Shown piece by piece: positions 25,275-39,282 of a DNA stretch of 64,000 nucleotides. A program made the translations under genes and the position numbers. The notes under the pieces were generated by a model. It made no database searches. It had not been told where the DNA came from and saw only the letters and a list, made by a program, of their open reading frames with translations. The DNA comes from Eledone cirrhosa. Taxonomy: Eukaryota. Each line of letters opens with the position of its first letter. Position 1 is the stretch's first letter. The stretch spans positions 1,178,001 through 1,242,000 of the forward strand of contig OZ024741.1 in the NCBI GenBank assembly GCA_964016885.1, read 5' to 3'.

Positions 25275-28200
25275 ATAGATAACTTTCTTTTTATTTGCCA
25301 CCAGGGCGTCAAAGAGTGGGATAAGTACAATGGGGGAAGTTTACATAAAAAGGCGTCCTCAATAAGGAGGAGGCAATAACAAAATATAAAAATAAAATAA
25401 GATATAACAAAAAATAAAATTTTTAACAAAATCCTCAATAGAGAGGAGGCGCCTTGGGGGGTCGCACACCCCCCCGAAAAAAGTGTGCAACCCTTCTCCT
25501 CAGGAGCACAGAGAAGGGGTGCTCTCTTGGTCTTTCATCTTCCTCACCTATAGTCTGATGTAGAGTGAAGGCCCATTCACACGGGCCATTCTCGCCAGAA
25601 ACGGACCAGTTGTTGGCCAGAGAGAAAGGTGTCTGACCTCAGTCCTTTCAGACGCGTCCACCATACAACCTCTTTCGCCATGGCTATTACGCACAGAAAC
25701 ACCGCCTCTCCTTCGTTTTTGAAGAGGGGAGGCGGCTTGATCGTTACAATAGACTCGGTAGTCAACCGGATCGGTCCCACCCGTGACAGCAGTCGTTCGA
25801 CATAGACCCACAGATCGGCAATGCCCGAGCAGTGTACCAATGCGTGTGCAACGGTTACCTCGTCGCACACGCATCTGGGACAGATCTTTTTCGAGGGATT
25901 CCTACCCGGGCGCCCGTGTCTGTAGAGCCTTTCTCGAACGGGCAGAGCCCCTCGGTAGCACTGCCAGGCCAGGGACCTCTGGAAGTTATCCATAGGTCCC
26001 GTGCTGAATGTCCTACCGAACAGGTTGGCCAGTTCGTTTTCCTACATACCTACGGCTTCTTCGAGGGCGTCGTCGCACCTGCTAGCCACCAGCCCTCTAT
26101 AGAATGACGAGGTAGATTCTCCACTGACAGCCGGCTCCGCCTGCCAGAGAGCCGTGAGCGCCTGGGCACACTCGGTGTGCCAGGCGCCCAGTTTTCTCGG
26201 TCTTTGATTGACCCAGGATTGCAGCTCGGTGAGCGAGACGAGTCTGGGAAAGGCTCGCCTCACAAACGGGGCCCACACCGGTTGACCGATGAGGAATACC
26301 TGGAGGTGCCGTAGCCTTAATGCGTGTTTACGCATCATCAGCCACGGCATCCCCAGTCCTCCTTTCGAAGGGTGTTGACAGCAGATGGATCTCCTCACCA
26401 TAGGAGCCCGCTTCTTCCAAAGGAATTGGAAGAGTGCGCGCTCCATTTTGGCGAGCGTTTCCCTTGGACAAGGCACGACGGTCAGGCGGTAGTATATGAC
26501 GGACGCTATATAAGTGTTCGCCACCTCCGCCAGACCTTTCAGGACAGTTTGTACTCGGCCCACTTCTGGATCAGTGCAAACATCCTGTTCGTTACCTCAC
26601 CCCAGTTCTCCTCCACCTGGAGGTCTGGTCCGAACCAGACCCCGAGCAACTTCACCGGGCCCCCCGTCAAGCGCCCGACGACGCCATCGGAGGGCATCGA
26701 TTTGCCCCTCCACGTGCCGAGTTGCAGACCGATCGACTCGTCCCGGTTCAGCTTAGCCCCTGTAAACCTTTCGTACTCCTCCAGTAAGGTGCCGATCGCA
26801 CCGATTTCTGAGGCCGTCGACACCATTACTGTTACGTCGTCGGCGTAGGCCGACACCGCTTTCCGCAATCCCGGTTCCAACGGGATGTTCTGCAACAACT
26901 CCAGCTTCCTCAGCAGTGGCTCTAGAGTCATTACATACAGAAGGGAGGAGAGAGGGCACCCTTGTCGGATGGACCGCGCGATTTCGAACGGCTCCGAGAG
27001 GTAGCCGTTCACCTTGACCCTAGAGCAGATGCGGCTGCTGTGCATGGCAATGATCCAGCCCCTGAAAACGGGTCCGAAGCCTGCCGCCGCTAGCACCGCA
27101 TCCAAGTAACCATGGTCGACCCTATCGAACGCCTTAGATTGATCCAAGTTGATCAGGGCCCCACCAAAGCCGGGTTCGTTCCCAACCCTCTCTATGATGT
27201 ATCGCATGAGGTGGAGGTTGTCGTGGATGGACCTGGACGGGATAGCACATGTCTGCGCATCTCCCACAAGGTTGCCCACGACAAGCGCCAACCTCTTTGC
27301 TAGCACCTTGGCCAAAATCTGTAACTCTGTATTTAGCAGAGTTATGGGCTTGAAATTATTTAAATCGTCCCCCTTGTTCTCGTCCTTCCTCACTAGCGTG
27401 ACTACCCCTTGGTCACAGCACAGGGAATTCTCCCGTTCTGTTGCCAGTTGCAGTAGACCGCCTCGAGGAGATCGGGCAACAAGTCCGGCATAACTAGATA
27501 TAGTTCGTATGGAAGACCATCGCGACCCGGGGATTTGCGTTTGCCGCATTGGCTCAGCACGTCCTCTATCTCAGCGGCTGAAATCGGTTCCTCAGAAGAC
27601 TCCGCCTCCTTGTCCGAGAGACGCGGCAGGCCGTCGAGTTATGGACCGAAGTCCACTTCCCCAACCGGCTCCCCGCCGCTTCCTAACAATCTGGCAAAGT
27701 GCTTTTGAAAAGCTTCGCACTTCTGCTTAGGTTCAAGGATCACCCGTCCATCCTGGTCTCGCAAAGACCGGATAGTGGATCTAGTCCCTCTTTTGGCCTC
27801 TGTCACGCGGGCCCAGCTAACAGCTTTGATCCCCTCGTTTCCCAGAGCACGTATTTTGCTTCGGACGATGCAGCCTTCGTGTTTCGCGTCGAAGAACTGG
27901 CCCAGGGCCGTTCTCGACGCTAGCACTCTGGCCACGTCGCCGCTTCTAATTGCCTCTTCTACACTGTCTACCAACTCCCTTTCCTTCCTATTTCTATTTG
28001 AGGCTAACTCCTTACTAAATTCTATAGAGACTACTCTAATCTCTCTTTTGAGAGATCCCCACCACCTGCTGTTGACGATGGCGCCCGTCAACCGCTTCTT
28101 AACTAAAGTGTTTTTTAGCGTTTTGTATGTGTCCTCTGGGCCTTAATAATTTTGAGGTCGGGGAAATCCCTTGCGTGGGTGAAGTTAGGCCCTTGGGTTT

Positions 28201-28560
28201 TCACTAAATTGTTGTTGTATACAATGTTTAGCAGTTTTTTATTTCTTGTGTTTATGTATGTGTATGCATGTTTTTGTTTTTGTGTGGTGTTTTTTGTTTG
28301 CTGTTGTTGTGTGCCATTTTGTGTTGGTGTCTGTGTTATGTTTTGGGGAGGAGTTGTTTTCATTTGTGTGTCTGAGGTGTGTTTTCTTTTTTTTCTTTTG
28401 ATTGTGTGGAAGTGCTCCTCCTCGTCTGACGACGAACGAGGGTCATCTTCCGTGTTGGAGGGGAGGGGTAGATTTTCGGGTTGTGTTTGCGGTGCGGGTG
28501 TTTTGGAAATTGTTTTTTCTTGAGTGGAGGTGGGTGGGTTGGAGAGTATTTTGTTTTGGT
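25275..28560 (-). mobile_element. L1/Tx1-like LINE, disrupted ORF2 with intact 3' end; ORF1-like low-complexity piece at 28115-28560
   Basis: ORFs 27639-28091, 26539-27549 (KPITLLN, LDQSKAFD, RQGCPLS, AYADD), 26042-26563 and 25577-25993 (CPRC..HALVHC); paralogous to 10687-14245; a short 3'-end copy lies at ~18850-18930. Confidence 0.88.
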
Positions 28561-28606
28561 ACAGATAGATAGATAGATAGGTAGAAATAGATATGAATAT
28601 ATATTC

Positions 28607-28675
<69 letters not shown>

Positions 28676-28678
<3 letters not shown>

Positions 28679-29190
28679 TGTAGATAAGTCTACCAAAATA
28701 TACGGTAGTGTCCAATCCGTATGAAGAACTCAATGTAATCCAAAAATCCAAATATAGAAGATATCATGAAAAGAGAAGATACATTCAAAAATTTACGTTA
28801 AAAATCATAGGAAAACAGTCAGGATAAATTAATAAAAACAATGAAATAAACACAAAGAACAAGTTCTTTATATTAAAAAAATTCATAATTTTACGATCGT
28901 TTCTAGGATGTATATGTGTGTTGGTATGTATATCATATAGATCTATGTAAAAATATTACAAATTATCAGAGGAAATATACATACCTTCACATATGCATGC
29001 CGTCCATCATTTCTGAGGACAGCATGTATATGTGAAGGTATGTATATTTCCTCTGATAATTTGTAATATTTTTACATAGATCTATATGATATACATACCA
29101 ACACACATATACATCCTAGAAACGATCGTAAAATGATGATTTTTTAATATAAAGAACTTGTTCTTTGTGTTTATTTCATTGTTTTTATTA

Positions 29191-29196
<6 letters not shown>
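28676..29196. mobile_element. Asymmetric fold-back element (arms 28824-29005 and 29017-29196, ~150-nt tail) in (TA)n
   Basis: Near-perfect ~180-bp inverted repeat read directly. Confidence 0.85.
29005..29138 (+). ncRNA. Type I hammerhead fold with very long stem II
   Basis: CATCATTT-CTGAGGA-cagcATGTATATGTG..~70 nt..CACATATACATccta-GAAA-CGATCG-TA-AAATGATG; 8-bp stem I; base of stem II mismatched. Confidence 0.65.
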
Positions 29197-29254
<58 letters not shown>

Positions 29255-29955
29255 TCTCTTTCTCTCGCCCTCTTTCCCTCTCGCTTTCTCTCTCCTAGTT
29301 TGTGCATGCCTACACATATAAATATAGCACGCATTATATATATATATACTAACCTTCCACTTGTATTACTAACTCCTGGATCTAATAATTAATTAATTGA
29401 TTAATTAATGTTTGTTTAATAATTCTAGTTGAGAGCTTCTTATTCGGTTTGTTGAACGGAATCAATTCCTTTGTTCACATTTTGAATTTTCCCGTCCAAA
29501 ATCCGGGGATTGTTTCTCTTGCAGGGAAAAAAGCACGTAACAGCGAAACAGTGCCTGCTACTGCTAGAGGTTTACTGCTTCGGTCTTCAAACCGCGTTTC
29601 GGTCTTCAAATACCACAAATTGCATATTGCGCAAGTAGGATTGTTGATTTTGATTTCATAGAAACCTATCGGAGGTATTGCATAATACCCCTCGATACGG
29701 TCCAGGTTTGTTATCTAACCTGATTGTATTTTCGTTGTTTTGGTGAATTATGCGGCTAGGCCCCCTTGCCGCAGTTTTCAATTCGTCACGCTTCTAATGT
29801 ATGTTACTCTAAGGTGTAGCCTATCGATTCATCGATACATCCTTATCGAGTGCTTTGTGCAAACTAATTGTAACTCGTTATCTTGGACACCGCCATAACT
29901 TCGATTTTAACCTTCCACTTATATATATATATAGATAAATACACACACACACACA

Positions 29956-30002
<47 letters not shown>

Positions 30003-30411
30003 TTATATATTTATGCATGTATGTATGTGTGTGTTTGTGCGTGTCTTTACGTTCTGAGTTCAAATCTCGACGAAGTTAGCTCTACTTTTATCCTTACGGT
30101 ATCGATAAAATAAAGTACCAGTAACACACTGATGTTAATTTAATCGACTTTCCCCTCCCCTTCAATTTGCTGGCATTGTGCCTACATCAGAAATCCTTAT
30201 TTGTCAGCTAATTAACCTTTTCTCAGTTAGTTTGGAAGAAAGGGGAAATATAGATGAGCATGATTAGTTATTGATAAAGTCACATAGTGTGTGATGAGGA
30301 GATTGGACAATAGTCATTGATAAAGTCAAATAGTCAAATAGTGTGTGACAGAAGACATTGGACAATTAAACAACCAATCAAATTAGTAAACTAACAGTTA
30401 GTTACCTAATT

Positions 30412-30603
30412 AATAATTGTTTCTACTTTTGGCACAAGACCAGCAATTAACCAGTACATTACTGGTACTTTATTTTATAGACCCCGTAAGGATGAAAGGC
30501 AAAGTCAACCTCGGCGGGATTTGAACTCAGATCGTAAAGGGACGTAACTTTGCTGGAAAGCATGGCGTCCGATCCTCCACCGATACTGCCAATCCACCGC
30601 CCT
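30412..30603 (-). mobile_element. tRNA-derived SINE; related copies or fragments at ~17325, 18560, 30050, 33790, 39083, 40770, 43085, 44055, 45199, 46160, 51430, 53775, 57025, 57548, 57655
   Basis: Minus strand TGGCAGTATCGG A-box, GTTCAAATCC B-box, body GCCTTTCATCCTTACGGGGTC..TAAAATAAAGTACCAG, end GTGCCAAAAGTAGAAACAATT. Confidence 0.85.
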
Positions 30604-30658
30604 AATTAATAATAAAACTGAATTGGTGCCAGTGCTTTTATTGGCAACATAAACCTCC

Positions 30659-30746
<88 letters not shown>

Positions 30747-30847
30747 CGTCCAATATTCTATCATATATCTCAACACACAACCCAAGAAATGCGGAAGCTT
30801 ACAACACTATTCACAATAACATCCCACTACTAAAACAAAACCCAAGA

Positions 30848-31363
30848 ATGAAAAAATCCCTTGAAACACACAAAATAATCAAAAGCAAAAGACAACCAAA
30901 ATCACTGAAAACATTACTCACCAATGCCAAATTACCTACCACAAACCCACAACCAAGTATCAAAAAATGTGGTCGCTCTAATTGTGGAACCAGCACTCAC
31001 CTCATTGAAGGCAACACGTATACATTTAAATCAGGACAAAATTTTACTGTAAAAAATCACTTCACTTGCTCATCAAAAAATCTACTTTATGCCATTAAAT
31101 GTAAAGGATGCAATGAAGATTATATAGGACAAACTAAACTCACACTCAGAAACAGAATGACTGTTCATCGCCAACAATTACGAGATCCAACCACGAGACA
31201 GATACCACTAAGTGCACATCTAGACATTTGCGCAAGTAATAAGACACCCAAATTCCAAGTCTTCCCATTTTACCTTTGCGCTAACAATACAACAGAACAA
31301 ATGCGAATAAATAAGGAAAATATGTTTATTCAAAAATATAGACCAACATTAAATAAGGTTTAA
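30848..31363 (+). CDS. PLE-type GIY-YIG endonuclease domain (5'-truncated)
   Basis: KCGRSNCGT, FTCSSKNLLYAIKCKGC..YIGQT..LRNRMTVH, E..FIQKYRPTLN. Confidence 0.85.
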   Translation: MKKSLETHKIIKSKRQPKSLKTLLTNAKLPTTNPQPSIKKCGRSNCGTSTHLIEGNTYTFKSGQNFTVKNHFTCSSKNLLYAIKCKGCNEDYIGQTKLTLRNRMTVHRQQLRDPTTRQIPLSAHLDICASNKTPKFQVFPFYLCANNTTEQMRINKENMFIQKYRPTLNKV

Positions 31364-31827
31364 TATACATTATGTCAACACCACAATATGACATACACAC
31401 ACACACATAACACCTTCTACTTTAGAAAATAAAAACCCGAACTAAATAAACCTTAACATACGTTTGCACTGGCAATACAACAGCAAACACGAAAAAGTAA
31501 GGAAAATATGTTCATTCAAAAATATTCCTACTAAAGGAATCACTTTCCTACACACACACATACACAATATATATATATTCTCTTCATCTTAACATGCTAA
31601 CCATACTCCCACACACATAACACCCATACACACACATAACAACCCCCACACCTACAACTCCCTCCCCATTTCTACTAATAGAACCACTTTCCTACACACA
31701 TATATATATACACACACACAAAATATATATTCTCTCCATCTTAACATACTCGCACACACACACATAACACCCATATATACACACACACAACTCCCTCCCC
31801 CATCTCTACTAATAGAATCATCTTCCA

Positions 31828-31861
<34 letters not shown>

Positions 31862-32371
31862 GCACACAAATAAACATACATATCTTCAGTCTCAATAGAA
31901 AATCTGAACTCTGACACCCCGGCGAGCTGGCCATATTCACTGAACCAGAACATTTCTCCCAATCCCTTTTCTCTTGACCACTATATCTCCATTGTCATAA
32001 CATTCACTATAAAGACTACAGAATAGTTTTCCAAATAAGGGCGCAAAAATGTAATGAAAACTTGTTCACGTGACAGCCAAATTTCATTTATAACCAACCA
32101 AAAAAAAAGCCTTCGTGAGCCTCCTTTTTTCAAGTAAAAAGAAATTCAAACACTCATATATGAAAAAAACAACCTGTGACAACCCCTCCCCCTCTTATTT
32201 GAAGAACTATTGTAACGCGAACTGGCGCGAAATTTATTATAATTATTGACAAACCAATCAAATTACTTCTCGAAAAACCTGGCATTTCGAGCCACTTTTT
32301 CCATATAAAACAAGTAACATTCAGAGACCAACCAGATGTGAGAAAAACCACAGACCCTCCATCTCAACTCA

Positions 32372-32409
32372 CCTTTTGAAAAGCAGAAGAACTGCGAAAC
32401 CGGTAAAGG
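32372..32409 (+). ncRNA. Minimal type I hammerhead, U3-A8 variant
   Basis: CCTT-TTGAAAA-GCAG aagaa CTGC-GAAA-CCGG-TA-AAGG; palindromic loop 3. Confidence 0.75.
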
Positions 32410-32539
32410 AACCAAATAAATATATATATTTAAAAAAAAAATAAGACTCCAGTTGCATTTTCGATTTCATCTCTTTTTCTTTATACTTTCACTCGTGTAG
32501 GACACCGGTTATTTTTCATTTTGTAAAAAAACCCTCACT

Positions 32540-32596
<57 letters not shown>

Positions 32597-32598
<2 letters not shown>

Positions 32599-32712
32599 AA
32601 CAAGTAAGACCTCGACGGGGTCTTACTTGTTCCTATTACCCACTCTACTACCCTAAGTATTGAGTACTTTGGTGCGTTATGGTCCACCTGGTTCCTTACC
32701 ACATTTCCTTCG

Positions 32713-32714
<2 letters not shown>
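32597..32714. mobile_element. Mini fold-back of the PLE-2 terminus (reverse complement of 8325-8442)
   Basis: Direct comparison; flanked by (TA)n. Confidence 0.85.
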
Positions 32715-32751
<37 letters not shown>

Positions 32752-33051
32752 CGGACGGTCTGTATCTTGATCGCTCATGAAATCCACCCAGGTTACGCTG
32801 ACCGGATAACCATGTTGCTTGTTTATTCCCATCTTTGCGTTGCTTTCATCCTTCTATGTTGTTTACTTGTCTCACTCGCTTTACGCGATTTACTTGTCCC
32901 AATAGCTTTTTTTAGTTATTGCTCGCACCAACCTGAGGTATATGATTTTTAATGCGATGAAATATCAATGATGGTTGGCAAATCACTGACGAAAGACTAT
33001 TTTTATCATATGTAACCCATCTGCAACCACGCAGTATTCTTCTTTCTTCTC

Positions 33052-33132
<81 letters not shown>

Positions 33133-34052
33133 AATGTAATAAATATAGAGAAAAATACTGCAGGTAGCACACTGATAACATGTAATAAAATGAGTCCCTC
33201 ATCAGTGATTTGCCGACGATCATAGATATTTCATTGCATTAAAAATCATATACCTCACGTCGGTGCAATAATAACCAAAATAAGTTATTAGGACAATTGA
33301 AACGCGTAAAGCGAGTGAGACAGGAGAACAACAAAGAGTATAGCTAACCATAGGGGAAAGAAACAAGCTTCAAAATTATTCTGTTTAGCATAAGCTAGGT
33401 GAATATATGAGCGCTTTAGGAAAAAGACCTGACACGAACGATGGCCATGTGAGAAGAGAGAAAAATATAGCTTTCGTCGTGTACAGGATGAAGCGAAGAG
33501 AGGAGAAACAGTGAGTGAGTGAAAGTGTGAGGAAGAGCTAACTGACATGACAGAGGGGGCGAAAGAAAGTAGGAGAAACAGAGAGAATGGGGGAACAGTA
33601 AGAGAGAGAGAGAGAAACACAGAATCGCAGTTTGGGTAAATATATGTAATAAATATAGAGAAAAATACTGCAGGTAGCACATGGATAACATGTAATAAAA
33701 TGAGTCCCTCATCAGTGATTTGCCGACGATCATAGATATTTCATTGCATTAAAAATCATATACCTCACGTCGGTATATATATATATAAATAATTGTTTCT
33801 ACTTTTGGCACAAGGCCAGCAATTATCCCAGTCCATTACTGGTACTTTATTTTATCGACCTCGTAAGGATGAAAGGCAAAGTTAACCTCAGCGGGATATA
33901 TATATAAATAATGATAGTATTTATACTTATATATGTAATCTATATACAATTATAAATACGAAAGGGTAATATATTGTATTACCCAATTACCAGTAAGAGA
34001 AACGATCCTCAGCAGTTAAATGCATTAAACAAAAATTTGATTGTTTTATATC

Positions 34053-34161
<109 letters not shown>

Positions 34162-35054
34162 ATACACACACACACACATATATTTATATACTTATGCATG
34201 TATATATACATATATATATATAAAATAAAATAATTAAGTCAAATATGTAAAATTTGGCTTCGTTTATTAGATATAGATATACTGCTATATATATCTCGGT
34301 GACAGCCATCATTGGCTGTGACCTTTTCAGGCAGTCAGAATTGGTGTGGGAAAGAAAGGTACACATGTTGTTGAAGTGTGTTTTACTCCGTCAATATATC
34401 GATATGTCCAGCTCCTGGTTGTGTTGTTATTTCTCTGAGGAACTGGAATCATATGAGTTAGAACAAGCGAATTTCGGCATCATAGGACACTCTCGCATCC
34501 CATTGGTCAGTTGTGAGAACATTCCTCAGTCAAAAGTCTATAGAAATTTTTCTGAGGCAAGACAATCTGTTGTAGTTTTTGTTTAGGTACAGTTGACCTT
34601 CTCCATTGTAATGGTAGTGGTGTTAAGGGGTCAGCTGACAGGTCAGTTTTAGTGTGCTGCTGCTATGTTCAGAAGAATTTGTGTGTAGGTTGGCATCTAT
34701 GCTGCCACCATTTCACGTGGTGGAGGGTGCCAAACAAATAAAAAATGCTAATGTGTTACAACCAATATCAAAATTTGAAAAATTTGAAAAATATTAATTG
34801 AAGTAGAAAACCTGTGTCAGAATCGAGAAATGTAAAGAATTACAATTCTTACACATCATTGGGTGGTGCGTTTTAAGAGCCAAAGTGGAGTGTAAAACAC
34901 CAAAAACCTGAGTGTCAAAATCCGGAAATGCAAATGACTACAGTTCCAATTTCGGCATAAAGTACATATGTGTGTATGTCAACGCAAGTCGTTGCAAGCA
35001 CACACGCACAGGTGCATTCCATATGTATATATATATATATATATATATGGAATG

Positions 35055-35114
<60 letters not shown>

Positions 35115-35128
35115 TTATATACACACGC

Positions 35129-35173
<45 letters not shown>

Positions 35174-35249
35174 TACAAGCAAGTATTTATGCATGTATAA
35201 TTTTAAACAACAGTATATATGTATGGACATATGTATAAGTATGTGTTGC

Positions 35250-36860
35250 TATGTTGCTATAGGAGTCGATCGAGGCAGGATTAGGGGTGGTGAGTGTGTA
35301 GGGGTGGTTTACCTTGGGCTCGGTGTGGCGGGGCTAGTGTCCCTATAGCTTGTGAGAAGTTCCCATCCCAATGTGTTGTTATTGGTCCTTATAACTTGAG
35401 GAAGGCCCCGGCCCGGAGGTGTCTACATGTACCGAAGAAGTCAGTCCTGAGGTTTATTAGGCTGCTTCCACCGCTGAGTATCACGGGGGTCTCGCTCAGA
35501 CATAGTTTACAGATGCCAGATCCCCCTCTATCAGGTGGTACTTTCCTGATTTTGGACCAGGCCAGAGAGTACGGTGTCCTGTCCAGCTTGAGCTTCCAGA
35601 TCAGTTCGGAAAGAGCCGTACTTTTCCTTTTGTCCTCCCTATTAAAGGAATGGCGATGGTTATACCATCGGTCTTTGAAGCTCCTTGATGTGACTCCTAT
35701 GTAAAGGTGCTCAGTGTTGGGGGTTTTTACTCTACATCCGTATATTATGTTCTTCCTTAGGCATTCATTCCTAAGGGGGCATAATGTAGGGGTTCTACAG
35801 TTGCAGGAGGTGGTCGACCCCCGAGTGCCTAATGTGGGGTTCCCGTTGCGTATTATAGGGTGGTCTTCTCCTGGACCCGGTGGGGTGTCCCTGGGTCTGT
35901 TTGGGTTCCCAGGGTGGGTACTGGGTCGAACCATTCCTTCCCTCCACATGGCTCTGCTGGGTGCTTATATTGCCAGTTCTGGTTGTGTGTAGTTTCTAAG
36001 TCTACCCCTATTGGGCTACATTGCGCGTGGTAGAATACGAGAGCTTCACAGTGTGTCAGTTGAAAATCTTGTGGTATCTATGGTCCCTCGGGAAGCATTT
36101 ATCTAGTGCTCTAAAGAATGACCCGGCCAGACTGTTCTTTAGGGCCGCTGAGTAGGGTGGGTTGTACCACGTTATTTTTCTACGTCTATTCCTATGTGGG
36201 TGGGTTGAGCGTGCTGTGGGCTGTTGGGGAGTTGTTGGGTTGCTAGTGGTTCCCACATTGTTGCTTCCCCTTTGAGCGCTATGTGTTTTGCTAGCTTCCC
36301 GGCCCGTACCTGTGGGGTGGTTGTTGCCCACGCTGGGAGTTCTACAATTGGATGATCCTCCATTCGTCCCACTGCGTGTCCTGCGGTTGGGGGCGTCGGG
36401 CCCGGGGTGGTTAGTATCATCCCTGAGACCGCTACTCGTACTGGGTTTCCTCCCATGGCTAGACGTACGCGTCCTTTTCGCTAATGTGGTGGTGTCAGGT
36501 TCATGGTGTTTAGTGGTTTCCACTCTGCCTGTACTGTTAGGGTTCCCCCTCTCGGATACCATGGGTCGGGGGGTCCGATGGGCTATCCCTATCATGGCGC
36601 CTCGGATTATAAGATATATTTTGGCCATGCGCCGCCTTATTTAGAGTTGCGTTGTAATACTCTGCGTTGCTATCGAAGAACTCCTTATTCGATTCGTTTG
36701 CAATTATGGAAACAGCCTCTTAAGCCATGTCAGTAGAATGACTCCGTCGTTTTTGCTCTTGTGTTGGACTACAAACAGAACGACGGACACTAATGTTTCT
36801 GGGTGATTACCCTTCATCAGTACCATATTCTGTTTACCTGCCAACTGTCAGAGCTAGTGA
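35250..36860 (-). mobile_element. PLE fragment related to PLE-2: thumb end, long linker and GIY-YIG, no RT core
   Basis: EFFDSNAEYYNATLNKA, KITWYNPPYS, HTVKLSYS, CNCRTPTLCPL, IIYGC..YIGVT..FKDRWYNH; stops present. Confidence 0.82.
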
Positions 36861-36993
36861 AAATGTATGATATTTTTCTGGAATATACAGTGATTGATCG
36901 GCCTTAGTTGCATATTTGCAAACTGCCTGATCAGTCAGATTTGCATATTAGCACACCCACTGATCAGCCAGATTTGTATACGAGCGATTAATG

Positions 36994-37151
36994 GCCGGCT
37001 TTGCCATACTCAAATAACTAACAAATAGTTTTATCGCTCTTTATTCGAATATTATTATTAATATTCGAAAAACTCAGATTTACATTTCTTGTATTCAGCC
37101 ATGTAGAGCGATAAAACTATTTGTTAGTTATTTGAGTATGGCAAAGCCGGC
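36994..37151. repeat. Inverted repeat with ~47-bp arms
   Basis: GCCGGCTTTGCCATACTCAAATAACTAACAAATAGTTTTATCGCTCT and its reverse complement at 37104-37151. Confidence 0.85.
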
Positions 37152-38021
37152 TGATTGTATAACAAAATAGTTCAGATAATTAAGGCTTCAACATATCAAC
37201 CCCTGAAAGAACAAAAGTGACCCTGACGAAATTTGAATTCAGAATATAAAGATTTGGACCAAACACCACAATAGAGTTTGTCTGACACACGTCTCTGCCA
37301 ATCACTGGCTTAATAACAAGTTTAATGGTTTAATGGTTGGAATGGATTCCGTGGACCAGGTGAAAGCTGTCATTAGATCGGCACTAGGACAGCCCATCAT
37401 CTCCATCGATGGAAAGACAGCATGTGACTGTGAGGACTCTGATCTCACCAGATTAGGTAGGTAGTAGGTAGTGACAGCTCACACCTATGCAGGTTTAGCT
37501 GGCCTCCTCCAAAGTATATCTCGTTGGAGGTGTCTTGGATAATTTAATGATAAGGACCCCAATCCTATCATCTCATTTCTACAGCTGATTAAACTGGAGC
37601 AACGTGAAATAAAGTGTCTTGCTCAAGGAAACAAAACATCACCCGAGATTTGAACTCACAACTTTTCGATTGCAAGCCCAAGGCTCTAACCACTAAGCCA
37701 TGCGCCTTCACCAGATTGCTGCATGTTGTTCGGGATGCCCCCCCCCCCCCCCCCTCCACAGACATCTTTCCCGCGGGCTGGAGACAACCCATATTACTAC
37801 ACTTTCTCTTTCTTTCTCTTCCTCCCGGCTCTCTCTCCCTTTCTCTCTGTCGCTCTGTCTCTCTCTCTTTCTTTCTCTCTTTTTCTCTCCCCTATCTCTT
37901 TCTCGCTCTGTCTCTCTCTTTCTATCTCTCTCTCTCCCTCTGACTCTACCCCCTCTCTCTCCCTTTCCCTTTCTCTCTGTCGTTCTGTCTCTCTCTCTTT
38001 CTCTCCCCTATCTCTCTCTCA

Positions 38022-38055
<34 letters not shown>

Positions 38056-38387
38056 GTCTCTCTCCCTTTCTCTCTGTCTCTCTCTCTCTTTTTCTCTCCC
38101 CTATCTCTCTCTCGCGCTCTCTCTCCCTCTCACCCCCTCTCTCTAACCATTGTACATAAGCCATACCTGAAAAGCCAGACAATAACTTTGATAGGAGATG
38201 TTAAAGTAGGTGGCATTTATAGAGAGATTTTCTTGTTATTTCAGTGTTGACTTAAGCGACCACCTATTGAACTTTATATTTTACCAGTATATCAAGAAAG
38301 CCGTAGTTATTTCCCCTTAGACTATATTGACAATTTCAGCAGTCAGGCAGTAGTAAGCATTGCCTCTAGATAGAAACAACGATGAGC

Positions 38388-39065
<678 letters not shown>

Positions 39066-39282
39066 AATGATATAGAACAAAGTAATAATTGTTTCTACTT
39101 CTGGCACAAGGCCAACAATTATCTCAGTGTATTACTGGTACTTTATTGTATCGACCCCGTAAGGATGAAAGGCAAAGTTAACCTCGGTGGGTTTTGAACT
39201 CAGAACAAAGCATGGCCTCCGACCCTCTACTGATACTGCCAAGCTGCCGCAGAACTAATAACGTTGATATATAAATAAGAAA

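Larger units (their letters stand above)
30742..32543 (+). mobile_element. 5'-truncated PLE-4 (GIY-YIG end, 3' UTR, hammerhead terminus) in (TA)n
   Basis: ISTHNPRN linker, ORF 30848-31363, hammerhead 32372-32409, (TA)n on both sides. Confidence 0.82.

Noticed and set aside
36056-36058. In-frame TGA as possible selenocysteine in a PLE ORF
   Set aside because: Falls at a basic-residue position (IFN-R-HT, likely CGA to TGA), not a Cys, and other stops follow
37330-37460. Possible host exon (short open, non-repetitive stretch)
   Set aside because: No recognisable protein motif or convincing splice acceptor; cannot be supported without a search
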